DNA from: Mobula hypostoma
Lineage: Eukaryota
Direction: 5' to 3'
DNA length: 64,000 nucleotides
NCBI RefSeq assembly: GCF_963921235.1
Contig: NC_086110.1
Span: 37,696,001-37,760,000 of the forward strand
Within the stretch, counting starts at the first letter, position 1. Each line of letters begins with the position of its first letter. The notes beneath the pieces were generated by a model that saw only the letters and a program-made list of their open reading frames with translations, did not search any database and had not been told where the DNA came from. The position numbers and the translations under genes are program-made. Below, one piece after another: positions 38,601 to 47,837 of this stretch.

Positions 38601-41600
38601 TCTGAGTCATTTATTATTCCTCTGTTACGTTCTTCAAATAAATCCTCATCATTACTTTCTACCTCTGAGTCTTGAGTTTACTCTGCGCCCGGCTCGTTTG
38701 CCTGAAGAAATCATTACAGCAAGTCTCGGGCATCATGGATCCAGCAGGGTTTGATCAGTTGGTAACTCAGTTATTGGAGTTTTTGCAGGTTGAAGCACAA
38801 CTCCATAGGGGAGAAAGGAGCAACACAAATTGCAGAGGCTTTGAAAACAAACAGCAGCCTGAAGGTATTGGGGTATGTATTGAACCTACTGGATTCAACA
38901 CTCGACAACCTCTGGATCGTTTGTAAGGAACAACGTTCTATTCAATGTATCAGAACACTTCAAAGCACTTAACTTCACTAATGAGCGAAAACCTTAAACT
39001 GAAACACAAAGGGAGAGATTATGTAGAATCTTAATCAGAAAGGTGAATTTTACGGTGCAGTTTTTAAAGTGGGAAAGGGTAAGAGAAGTGGAGAAGAAGG
39101 AATTCCTGGAGAGGAATTTAAGTACAACACCATAGAAGAATTGAGAGAGCTTTACAAGTAACTTCACTGAGAGAGCCACTGTACAGAGGCAGAAGTAAGC
39201 ATTTTGAACAATAGACCGTACATTGGTATAGTATATATTTTGTCATCTAATACATCAAGTCTGATTTAACTTCATATGTTTGCAAGGGAGAGACATGGGG
39301 ATGATGATAAAAGAAGAGAATTTGTAGTAGGACCAGAAACAAATGCTTCTCAATATTAAATTACAGAAAGTGTGTTTCTTTCAATACTGATATCAAACAA
39401 GCAGTGTGACTTAGAAACCAGAAAGGTAGATGCTGTCATTATGGATATGGAATAAGTTACTGGGTTTCAAATACTATTGGTTAGGAGCAGTTGTAGATGG
39501 GGAATAGAAGGGACCAGTACAGATTGTTGGAGAGCATCATAGTAACAGCGCAAGCCCAAAAGAGAAGCTATTGCTGCTGATGCTGTGACCATGACTGGTA
39601 GAGTGATATCCGAAACCAATAACCTAAGTCCCACCCATCAGAACAATGAAAAGATACTGGACAATGATGTAACTAACTGTACTAAAGGCTGTAATTTGGT
39701 AGAATAAGATGAAGACAAAATTACCTTTGTTATCAAGCAACATACATAAAAATTGCTGGTGAACGCAGCAGGCCAGGCAGCATCTATAGGAAGAGGTACA
39801 TTCGACGTTTCGGGCCGAGACCCTTCGTCAGGACTAACTGAAAAAAGAGATAGTAAGAGATTTGAAAGTGGGAGGGGGAGGGGGAGATCCAAAATGATAG
39901 GAGAAGACAGGAGGGGGAGGGATGGAGCCAAGAGCTGGACAGTTGATTGGCAAAAGGGATATGAGAGGATCATGGGACGGGAGGCCTATGGAGAAAGAAA
40001 GGGGGAGGGGGAAGCCCAGAGGATGGGCAAGGAGTATAGTGAGAGGGGCGGAGGGAGAAAAAGGAGAGTGAAGGAATAAATAAATAAATAAATAAATAGA
40101 TAGATAGATAGATAGATAACGGATGGGTACCAAGGGGAGGTGGGGCATTAACGGAAGTTAGAGAAGTCAATGTTCATGCCATCAGGTTGGAGGCTACCCA
40201 GATGGAACACCTACGCTCTGTCCGCCAGAGAAAACAGGATCTCCCAGTGGCCACACATGTTAATTCCACGTCCCATTCCCATTCTGATATGTCTATCCTC
40301 GGCCTCCTCTACTGTAAAGATGAAGCCACACTCAGGTTGGAAGAACAACACCATATATTCCATCTGGGTAGCCTCCAACCTGATGGCATGAACATCGACT
40401 TCTCTAACTTCCACTAATGCCCCACCTCCCCCTCGTACCCCATCTGTTACTTACTTTTATACACACATTCTTTCTCTCACTCTCCTTTTTCTCCCTCTGT
40501 CCCTCTGATTATACCCCTTGCCCATTCTCTGGGTTTTCCCCGCTCCCTCTTTTCCTTCTGCCTGGGCCTCCTGTCCCATGATCCTCTCATATCCCTTTTG
40601 CCAATCACCTGTCCAGCTCTTGGCTCCATCCCTCCCCCTCCTGTCTTCTCCTATCATTTTGGATCTCCCCCTCCCCCTTCCACTTTCAAATCTCTTACTA
40701 ACTCTTCCTTCAGTTAGTCCTGATGAAGGGTCTTGGCTCGAAACGTCCACTGTACCTCTTCCTAGAGATGCTGCCTGGCCTGCTGCGTTCACCAGCAACT
40801 TTTATGTGTGCGTTGCTTGAAATTGATTTCTTCGTGATTACCTTTGTTATGTTCATTTGGGTATGATTACTGATTAGAAGCTTTCAAGGGCTCAAACAAA
40901 TGATTTAACTGCATTGTTGTTTTAGTCGCTGTATTGCTGATAGATCTCCTGATACTAACTAAATCACTTTGCCTTCATTAGGTTGAGAGCAAATGTTGTC
41001 AAAGCCAAAGGTGCTCAGTTCATAGCCGAGGCCCTGGAAGTCAACACCACACTGAGAGTTTTGGGGTATGTTGTCGTTCTCTTCTACTTGTGCTTGTGTG
41101 ATTTCAGAGCAGCACCGTTTACTGCTTATTTTGAAAACTCGATTGACGTTGTCTCATTGCAGCTCGTGCTCTTCATGTTAAAAATGTTTTCAGCTTATCT
41201 TGTATAATTTATGATATATGACCTTTAAAAACCAGAGGTCGAAAAGTAAGTGTCTGTACTCACAGCTTTATCATCATTCAATCAATGCTAGAACAAAGCA
41301 TTAGAATTGCTTATCTGTGTGATCTAAAGAGCATGGGCGTTATGCTAGATCTTCACCATTTGCTCATATCTTCATATGGGACAGTACTTCTGATTGAGCA
41401 AACTGCGTTACTGGGTGCTCGCTGTTAGGAATTCAAGCAAAGCTGAAGCCAATGAGGACGAGAGCGGAGGGCGGGCGGGTGGATGGGCATTCAGTGCTGT
41501 CTGCCTGCATTTTACCAGCCTTGCTCTTCCTCTCACTGGCTGCTTTCTCTCGGAGGAAGGCGCAGGAGCCATTTGCAAGGATTGATCGGCGTGGCTTGTG

Positions 41601-44600
41601 GTTAAGGATCTTTTTCCGGAAATTTTGAGTGTGATGTTGCATGTATTTCTGGATTCAGGTTACTCTTTCCTTTTTGCAGTTTTTGAGCAGTTTGATCAGG
41701 GTGCTTCAGTGTGGACTGGGGCACTTCGGTGAAGTCTGACTCTGCAGAATGCAGTCGGCTGGTGGTGTGGAACTGAACTGAACTAAACGGAATACTGCTA
41801 GACTCGTAGTTTGATGTTGCCAAAAAACTCCATGTTCATTAAGCTGTTGTGTGCCTTTTTAATACTTATAAAGCTCCACTGAAAGCTGACTCAGTGGATT
41901 CTGATTAGAACATGGAACAAGAAGAGCAAATTGTCTCATCGCTTTGATTCCTCTCTATCAATACCTATGCCTGTTTCTATAGAGTTTAAAATTTTTTAAA
42001 CTTTATTTAAAAATGAACATTAATATATTTGTATCTTTGTCTTAACTCAGCTTGCAGTGTAACAAGATTGGAGATGAAGGTGCAAAGTACATGGCCCAAG
42101 CAGTTGAAAGAAATCGCAGCTTGGTTGAATTACGGTATAGATTAAATCTAAGCTCACATATTAAAACCTATCCCACTTCAACTGCTCAGGCACACGCAAC
42201 TTTGTAACAATTTTAGCTTATTAACTTTTAGTTGCCATATTTTTCTTCTCAAGGCTTAGACCTATCAAGTACTGAGTTTCTTTGAAATATTTTACAGACT
42301 TCACCTATCATATCTACTCTTCAGCTGACAGCTCCCTTGTAATTCAAAATAATTGCAATATATTACATGTCCTCAGTTATAAGAATTCAAAGCTATGATA
42401 CTCCTCTAACAGCAAATGACCTTATCCTGCTGGTCCAATCCTAGATACCTCCCTGCAATTTGCTCTCCACTTTCATGATAAGTACTCTGTTTTATTCACA
42501 AAAAATAAGGTCTGTCCTTGGGAATTCCAGGTGTCCGGCCAGAAGAGCTTAAAGGCTAGCTGATCAGATCTACAATCATTGAAGTGTTTTAATTCATTTA
42601 TTCTTTTCAACTTGGAAATGTCCTACACTGTGACTCATTTCATAATTCATTTGTAGCTTAATATACCGTTAATGAGTCAAATATAGTCTTGAACATTACT
42701 TATACCCACTCAATTCCACAGGAGATATGATTGAGAAATCATTGCTTTTATTGTAAAATTATATATCTATAATTATTGTGTAAATAATTGCTTTTGACTG
42801 TAATGGAAACAGGAAATGCTGGATATAATCAGCAGGTCAAGCCTTGGGAAAAGAAACATGAAAATCTTTCAGGTTGAGGGCCATTCATCAAAACTTCAGA
42901 ACTCTGTTCTGACAGAAGGTTTTGACCTAAAGCATGAAATCCATTTTTCTATGCAGTGTGACTTGCTGAGTATTTCCTGCATTTTATGTTCTATTTTAGA
43001 TTTCCAGCATGAGCAGTTTTTGTTTTAAGTTCAATTGAATACTGTATGACTACTTTGGTTAGCAGATTTAACATAGTTTATTTTGTGTAAAATCCTTTCT
43101 GAAAAAAGTTCAAGACAGAAAATTCAGTACTGTCTTTCAATCTCATTTTTTTAAATCTTAATCAAACCTTTAAGACTTATTTTCACTTTTGTAATATTTT
43201 CACTGAATCATTGTTTATTGCTCATTAAATGCTGGTTTTGCCAGTACCATGCATATTCCAAAATATGAATAAGTTAAAAAAACACAGTAACAAATTCATT
43301 AACCAGTAGTTTCTATAATTCACACTTTTGACCTTTATTTTCATATATATTATCAGTATAATTCTAAGACAAGATCTGATTAATAAAATAGATATATCTT
43401 GTTTGCAGACTTGGAGATAATGAAATCACTGACAAGGGGAGTGGTTACTTTAGAAGTGCTTTAGAAGTAAATGATGCACTTGAAGAATTGTGGTAAGAAT
43501 TTTGTTTTGATTTCCATGTTTTTGAAAGTTTATTTATTATAATGTAATTGCACTTTGGGATCTCATGCACAGGGCTTTTATTTTCTTGGAACAAAACAAT
43601 CCAACAGATAGGCAGATTTCAGTATTATGATGTTTGCTATTTATGATGGAAATCATATCTTTAAATAAAAATAAATTGAATTTGTCCCTATTGTTCATTA
43701 CTGAGAAAGAAATACTAATCAATGTGAAGAGTACTAAAAGCTCTTTATAAAAAATATTGTGGAATTACATACAAAAATAATGTTAAACTATTGTATAACC
43801 ATATATCTTGTTTAACACTGCAAATTTAAACTTTTCTGATGGGGTATTTGAAGATAAATTATTATAAACCTGAAGATAAAACCAACAAAAAACTGTAATA
43901 ACCCAACCTGCATTGAAAACTTGTAATGTTACCAAATAAAATGCATTTGGGTTATGCATTTATTTTTTAAAAAACATCTTTAATACCTATAAAATAGATC
44001 AATATGTTTTTTAAAAATATTATTTTTAGTGCCTCCCATGGTCTTGCACACAGTGCTCGAGGAACATAGAAAGCCTACAGCACAATATAGGCCCTTCGAC
44101 ATGTCCTTAATATAGAAATTACCTAGGGTTACCCATAGCCCTCTATTTTTCTATGCTCCATGTACCTATCCAGGAGTCTCTTAAAAGACCCTATCGTATC
44201 CGCCTCCACCACTGTTGCCAGCAGCCCATTCCACGCACTCACCTCTCTCTGCATAAAAAACTTACCCCTGACATCTCCTCTGTACCTACCCCTCAGCACC
44301 TTAAATCTGTGTCCTTTTGTGGCAACCCTTTCAGCCCTGGGAAAAAGCCTCTGACTATCCACACAATCAATGCCTCTCATCATCTTATACACCTCTATCA
44401 GGTCACCTCTCATCCTCCGCCGCTCCAAGGAGAAAAGGCCGAGTTCACTCAAACTATTCTCATAAGGCATGCTCCCCAATCCAGGCAACATCCTTGTAAA
44501 TCTCCTCTGCACCCTTTCTATGGTTTCCACATCCTTCCTGTAGTGAGACGACCAGAACTGAGCACAGTACTCCAAGTGGGGTCTAACCAAGGTCCTATAT

Positions 44601-47374
44601 AGCTGCAACATTGTCTCTCGGCTCCTACATTCAATACCACGATTGATGAAGGCCAATACACCGTATGCCTTCTTAACCACAGAGTCAACCCACGCAGCTG
44701 CTTTGAGCGTTCTATGGACTCGAACCCCAAGATCCCTCTGACCCTCCACACTGCCAAGAGTCTTACCATTAATGCTATATTCTGCCATCATATTTGACCT
44801 ACCAAAATGAACCACTTCACAATTATCTGGGTTGAACTCCATCTGCCACTTCTCAGCCCACTTTTGCATCGTATCAATGTCCTACTGTAACCCCTGACAG
44901 CCCTCCACACTATCCACAACACCTCCAACCTTTGTGTCATCAGCAAACTACTAACCCATCCTTCCACTTCCTCATCCAGGTCATTTATAAAAATCATGAA
45001 GAGTAAGGGTCCCAGAACAGATCCCTGAGGCACACCACTGGTGACCGACCTCCATGCAGAATATGACTCATCTACAAACGCTCTTTGCCTTCTGTGGGCA
45101 AGCCAGTTCCGGATCCACAAAGCAATGTCCCCTTGGATCCTATGCCTCCTTAGTTTTTCAATAAGCCTTACATGGGGTAGTTATTAAATGCCTTGCGGAA
45201 ATCCATATACACTACATCTACTGCTCTTCCTTCATCATTGTATTTAGTTACATCCTCAAAAAATTCAATCAGGCTCATAAGGCACGACCTGCCCTTGACA
45301 AAGTCATGCTGACTATTCCTACTTATATTATACCTCTCCAAATGTTCATAAATCCTGCCTCTCAGGATCTTCTCCATCAACTTACCAACCACTGATGCAA
45401 GAGTCACTGGTCTATAATTTCCTGGGCTATCTCTACTCCCTTTCTTGAATAAAGGAACAACATCTGCAACCCTCCAATCCTCTGGAACCTGTCCCGTCCC
45501 CATTTGTGATGCAAAGATCATCACCAGAGGCTCAGCAATCTCCTCCCTCACCTCCCACAGTGGCCTGGGGTACATCTCATCCGGTCCTGGCGACTTATCC
45601 AACTTGACGCTTTCCAAAAGCTCCAGAACATCCTCTTTCTCAATATCTACATGCTCAAGCTTTTCAGTCTGCTGCAAGTCAGTACTACAATCACCAAGAT
45701 CCTTTTCCATAGTGAATACTGAGGTAAGGTATTCATTAAGTACCTCTGCTATTTCCTCCGGTTCCACACATACTCTCCTACTGTCACACTTGATAGATCC
45801 TATTCTTTCACGTCTTATCCTCTTACTCTTCACATACTTGTTGAATGCCTTGGGGTTTCCTTAATCCTGCCCACCCTAATTTCCTTCTTAAGCTCCTTTC
45901 TATTAGCCTTATAATCTTCTAAATCTCTAACATTACCTAGCTCTCTGAACCTTTTGTAAGCTTTTCTTTTCTTCTTGACTAGATTTATTACAGCCTTTGT
46001 ACACCATAGTTCCTATACCCTACCATAACTGCCCTGTCTCATTGGAACGTACCTGTGCAGAACTCCACACAAATATTTCCTGAACATTTGCCACATTTTT
46101 TCCGTACTGTTCCCTGAGAACATCTGTTTCCAATTTAAGCTTACAATTTCCTGCCTGATAGCCTCATAATTCCCCTTACTCCAATTAAACGCTTTTCTAA
46201 CTTGTCTGTTCCTATCTCTCTCCAATGCTATCGTAAAGGAGATAGAATTATGATCACTATCTCCAAAATGCTCTCCCACTGAGAGATCTGACACATGATG
46301 AGTTTCATTTCCCAGTACCAGATCAAATGCAGCCTTTCCTCTTGTAGGCTTATCTACATATTGTGTCAAGAACCCTTCCTGAACATACCTAACAAACTCC
46401 ACCCCATCTAAACCCCTTGCTTTAGGAAGATGCCAATCGATATTTGGGAAATTAAAATCTCCCATCATGACAACTCTGTTATTATTACACCTTTCCAGGA
46501 TCTGTTTCCCTATCTGCTCCTCGATGTCCCTGTTACTATTGGGCGGCCTACAAAAAACGCCCAGTAAAGTTATTGACCCCTTCCTGTTTCTAACCTCCAC
46601 CCACAGAGACTCCGTAGACAATCCCTACATGGCGTCCACCTTTTCTGCAGCCATGACACTATCTCTGATCAACAGTGCCATGCCCCCACCTCTTTTGCCT
46701 TCCTCCCTGTCCTTTCTGAAACATCTAAAACCCGGCACTTGAGGTAACCATTCCTGTCCCTGAGCCATTCAAGTCTCTGTAATGGCCACCACATCATATC
46801 TCTAAGTACTGATCCACGCTCTAAGGTCATCCACTTTGTTCACAACACTTCTTGCGTTAAAGTAGACGCATCTCAACACTTCATTCTGAGCACGCCCCTT
46901 CCCTATCACTTGTCTATCCTCCCTTTCGCACTGTCTACAAGCTTTCTCTATTTGTGAGCCAACCTCCCCCTATCAGTGATCACTGGTGCTGGAAAGCAAT
47001 TGCACTAACCACTATGCTAATGTGCCATGCAATAAAATCTAATAAAATTTTCTCAGCTTATAATTGGGTGAATAAGATGTAAGTATCTTACTCGCCCAAT
47101 ATCATCAGACAAAAATTAACAAGAAGATCAGTGCCTCTATGTCTATGGAGGAAGTAAGAACTACAGATACTCTTATTAGAAAATAACCCTTAATTTTAAT
47201 GTTAAGGACTTGATGGATTTGCAAACTCAAGAATGTGAATATAAATTTTGTGTTCTTCTGAAATTCTTTAACTTTCATTTATCTTTTAGGATTTTGGTGA
47301 ATAACATATCAAGTGCTGGAAAGGAAAGATTGAAAAATGCCTGGCGTAAAAATCCAAATCTTCGATTGAATTAA
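2253..47374 (+). CDS. Predicted 13-exon gene, join(2253..2316,14198..14539,16002..16331,19440..19553,21183..21608,30791..31228,32762..34487,37504..37590,38789..38872,40982..41065,42051..42134,43409..43492,47290..47374): SP-IgV-IgC1-TM-cytoplasmic Ig-CARD-NACHT-LRR, 1315 aa (B7-H6-like/NOD1-like membrane NLR)
   Basis: Every junction is GT-AG with compatible phase (1,1,1,1,1,1,2,2,2,2,2,2). Summed length is 3948 nt, divisible by 3, with a single stop at the end. Least certain parts are exon 1 and the 21608^30791 junction. Confidence 0.72.
5000..5950 (+). mobile_element. Old degraded CR1 fragment
   Basis: Remnants resembling RT-coding segments (atttccaagtttgctga, ccccacatggagtgttgggtataattttgg). 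Confidence 0.6.
6367..6960 (-). mobile_element. Penelope-like element 3' fragment (GIY-YIG endonuclease C-terminus plus tail with degraded hammerhead)
   Basis: [12 protein letters not shown]...FPVANYLNS...[25 protein letters not shown]; tail shared with the 39734-40836 element. Confidence 0.8.
6980..7285 (-). mobile_element. Degraded HE1/V-SINE-like element
   Basis: Reverse-strand V-domain-like gaggaaacccatgtagtcacatggagaatgtg and a CR1-like 3' tail. Confidence 0.55.
8194..9180 (-). mobile_element. 5'-truncated CR1 LINE
   Basis: RT ORF fragments (8432-9215) and gaacatagaa tail. Confidence 0.92.
9572..11577 (+). mobile_element. Internally deleted Gypsy/Ty3 LTR retrotransposon (LTRs about 9572-9749 and 11387-11577)
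   Basis: Diverged direct repeats TGTGTT...CATAA(T/C)A, TGG-starting PBS-like site at 9750, polypurine aaaggggtaaga before the 3' LTR. RNase H ([15 protein letters not shown]) and integrase zinc-finger ([12 protein letters not shown]...WPRMN) remnants. Confidence 0.85.
12297..13702 (-). mobile_element. 5'-truncated CR1 LINE
   Basis: RT ORFs 12371-13297 and 13251-13670 separated by a frameshift. Confidence 0.95.
14198..14539 (+). CDS. NCR3LG1-like: Ig V-set exon, B7-H6/NCR3LG1-like ([10 protein letters not shown]...LLSCLF...IVIEW...[22 protein letters not shown]...VTLSIS)
   Basis: Acceptor tttttaatatag|CT, donor TCAG|gtgagt. Canonical Cys, Trp and D-x-G-x-Y-x-C motif; B7-family GNASL motif; [13 protein letters not shown] resembles the recalled B7-H6 segment FEFFGDHQEAFRPG. 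Confidence 0.9.
14815..15215 (-). mobile_element. CR1 3' fragment
   Basis: [20 protein letters not shown]...GNFFTQRVV. Confidence 0.85.
15490..15925 (-). mobile_element. RTE-clade LINE 3' fragment
   Basis: [33 protein letters not shown] motif typical of the RTE C-terminal region; (TAC)n tail near 15491. Confidence 0.75.
16002..16331 (+). CDS. NCR3LG1-like: Ig C1-set exon (APPAV...[17 protein letters not shown]...[13 protein letters not shown]...[11 protein letters not shown]...LTVK)
   Basis: Acceptor ttattgtag|CA, donor AAGG|gtgagt. C1 motifs CxxxxFYP, W, NxDGTF, YxCxVxHxxL; N-glycosylation sequons NIT, NHS, NQS. Confidence 0.92.
17106..17187. mobile_element. hAT-Charlie-type MITE
   Basis: TIRs CAGCGGTTCCCAAAC / GGTTGAGAACCCCTG; flanks TGCTGGAG and TTCTAGAG match at 6 of 8 positions and resemble the NTCTAGAN target. 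Confidence 0.7.
17703..19028 (-). mobile_element. 5'-truncated CR1 LINE
   Basis: Frameshifted RT ORFs 17980-19027. Confidence 0.92.
19440..19553 (+). CDS. Transmembrane exon ([38 protein letters not shown])
   Basis: Acceptor tttgtcttcatag|GA, donor ATAG|gtaagt, phase 1-1, about 25 uncharged, mostly hydrophobic residues. Confidence 0.85.
20215..21115 (+). mobile_element. Degraded CR1 LINE fragment
   Basis: [24 protein letters not shown]...; ctatgactc-type tail. Confidence 0.75.
21183..21608 (+). CDS. Post-transmembrane C1-like Ig exon ([18 protein letters not shown]...[11 protein letters not shown]...[11 protein letters not shown]...VIVEIE)
   Basis: Acceptor tttgattttcag|TT, donor GAAG|gtgagt, phase 1-1, open for 142 codons. 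C1 strand motifs are recognisable, with the F-strand Cys replaced by Phe. Confidence 0.85.
21735..22695 (-). mobile_element. CR1 LINE fragment
   Basis: RT ORFs 21903-22481 and 22310-22642. Confidence 0.92.
23865..27835 (-). mobile_element. Rex1/Babar LINE (endonuclease and RT remnants), interrupted by a CR1
   Basis: ORFs [62 protein letters not shown]...SPDIELLAV; (GATA)n-like tail near 23870. Confidence 0.85.
23996..25110 (-). mobile_element. Internally deleted CR1 nested in the Rex1/Babar 3' region
   Basis: ORFs 24190-24522 and 24884-25108; host sequence resumes at about 25111. Confidence 0.85.
27832..28480 (-). mobile_element. CR1 3' fragments
   Basis: cataggagcagaattaggccat 3' end and RT remnants. 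Confidence 0.75.
29053..29320 (+). mobile_element. tRNA-derived HE1/V-SINE
   Basis: tRNA-like head ggcggcacggtagcatagtg, V-domain ggtttcctcccacagtccaaaga, (TAAA)n tail. Confidence 0.8.
29490..29828 (-). mobile_element. Degraded V-SINE-like element
   Basis: Reverse-complement similarity to the SINE head and body (ctatgctaccatgcacc end). Confidence 0.55.
30791..31228 (+). CDS. NOD1-like: CARD exon, NOD1-like ([18 protein letters not shown]...[38 protein letters not shown]...)
   Basis: Acceptor ttcctcatag|GT, donor GAAG|gtaagt, phase 1-1. The CARD helix pattern resembles the NOD1 CARD as recalled (KVRKILDLVQSKGEEVSEFF). Confidence 0.88.
32762..34487 (+). CDS. NOD1-like: NACHT exon (NBD, HD1, WHD, HD2 and first LRR)
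   Basis: Acceptor taattatag|AA, donor TGAG|gtaatg. Walker A GVAGIGKS, Walker [10 protein letters not shown], sensor-1 LITSRP, HD1 [25 protein letters not shown]2 LRFTAGL, CLYEA. Confidence 0.96.
34495..36918 (-). mobile_element. CR1 LINE (endonuclease-RT remnants) immediately after the NACHT donor site
   Basis: Several frameshifted ORF2 fragments 34779-36677; gaacatagaa tail at 34498. Confidence 0.93.
37504..37590 (+). CDS. LRR exon 1 ([29 protein letters not shown])
   Basis: 87 nt, phase 2-2, cag|T...AAG|gtaaaa, ribonuclease-inhibitor-type LRR consensus. Confidence 0.9.
38789..38872 (+). CDS. LRR exon 2 ([28 protein letters not shown])
   Basis: 84 nt, phase 2-2, tttgcag|G...GG|gtatgt. Confidence 0.92.
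39800..39835 (-). ncRNA. Minimal type I hammerhead ribozyme motif (Penelope-associated)
   Basis: Minus strand AGTC-CTGACGA-A-GGG-TCTCGG-CCC-GAAAC-GTC|GAAT: intact core, stem II, palindromic ACGT stem III, one mismatch in stem I. Confidence 0.75.
40716..40751 (+). ncRNA. Minimal type I hammerhead ribozyme motif (partly degenerate)
   Basis: AGTC-CTGATGA-A-GGG-TCTTGG-CTC-GAAAC-GTC|CACT; core intact, G-U wobble in stem II, mismatch at the first stem I pair. Confidence 0.65.
40982..41065 (+). CDS. LRR exon 3 ([28 protein letters not shown])
   Basis: 84 nt, phase 2-2, cattag|G...GG|gtatgt. Confidence 0.92.
42051..42134 (+). CDS. LRR exon 4 ([28 protein letters not shown])
   Basis: 84 nt, phase 2-2, aactcag|C...CG|gtatag. 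Confidence 0.92.
43409..43492 (+). CDS. LRR exon 5 ([28 protein letters not shown])
   Basis: 84 nt, phase 2-2, tttgcag|A...TG|gtaaga. Confidence 0.92.
44062..46965 (-). mobile_element. CR1 LINE with most of ORF2 (endonuclease and RT), frameshifted
   Basis: ORFs 44129-44869, 44788-45120, 45168-45833 and 46013-46621 (APE motif MGDFNFP). Confidence 0.95.
47290..47374 (+). CDS. Terminal coding exon, LRR cap ([28 protein letters not shown])
   Basis: Acceptor atcttttag|G, phase 2, TAA at 47372-47374; looks like a typical NLR C-terminal cap. Confidence 0.85.
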
Positions 47375-47837
47375 TTTTATTTTAAAAATGCATAGCAATA
47401 CCTATTGTGCAAATCTAGCACTTGGTTCTGCTGAAAGGTGCAAAGAACAGCCCATGAAGCATTTGTGTGCTTTTATCGAAATCTCCAGAAGCAAGCTTGC
47501 TTGTTCAGACTGACCTGTTTCCCTTGAACAGTACTCCCTTCAACAGCTTGATTTCTGGACTCCTGTAGTTTATGTGTAAGATAAAAACTTATTTAAGAGA
47601 TTTTTATTATATTATCACATGACAAAGGTGATATAAAAGTATAATTCGGTGAGAAAGACATACCTTAATGTATTCACAGCTCTTCACTCCAAGTTCTTGT
47701 CTGAGTGAATCTGTTGGGTTTTTCACAGAAGAACGGCAAAAGTTCTGTTTTATTACACTTTTCTCCTTTATGTGATAGTCAACAATGATAATGTAAATTT
47801 ATTAATGTTATTTATTGCTATAACTGCTAAGCAAATA

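Larger units (their letters stand above)
39734..40836. mobile_element. Penelope-like insertion with inverted arms, central GIY-YIG remnant and two hammerhead cores
   Basis: Arms about 39734-40200 and 40360-40820 are reverse complements. [21 protein letters not shown]...[15 protein letters not shown]. 14-bp TSD ATTACCTTTGTTAT at 39720-39733 and 40837-40850. Confidence 0.88.

Noticed and set aside
39030-39230. Purine-rich unique stretch considered as an extra LRR exon
   Set aside because: No LRR consensus, and the frame tested after the candidate acceptor hits a stop.
39638-40820. Several 100-aa ORFs such as [11 protein letters not shown]..., present twice
   Set aside because: They are translations of the low-complexity purine/pyrimidine-rich Penelope arms; the duplication reflects the inverted repeat.
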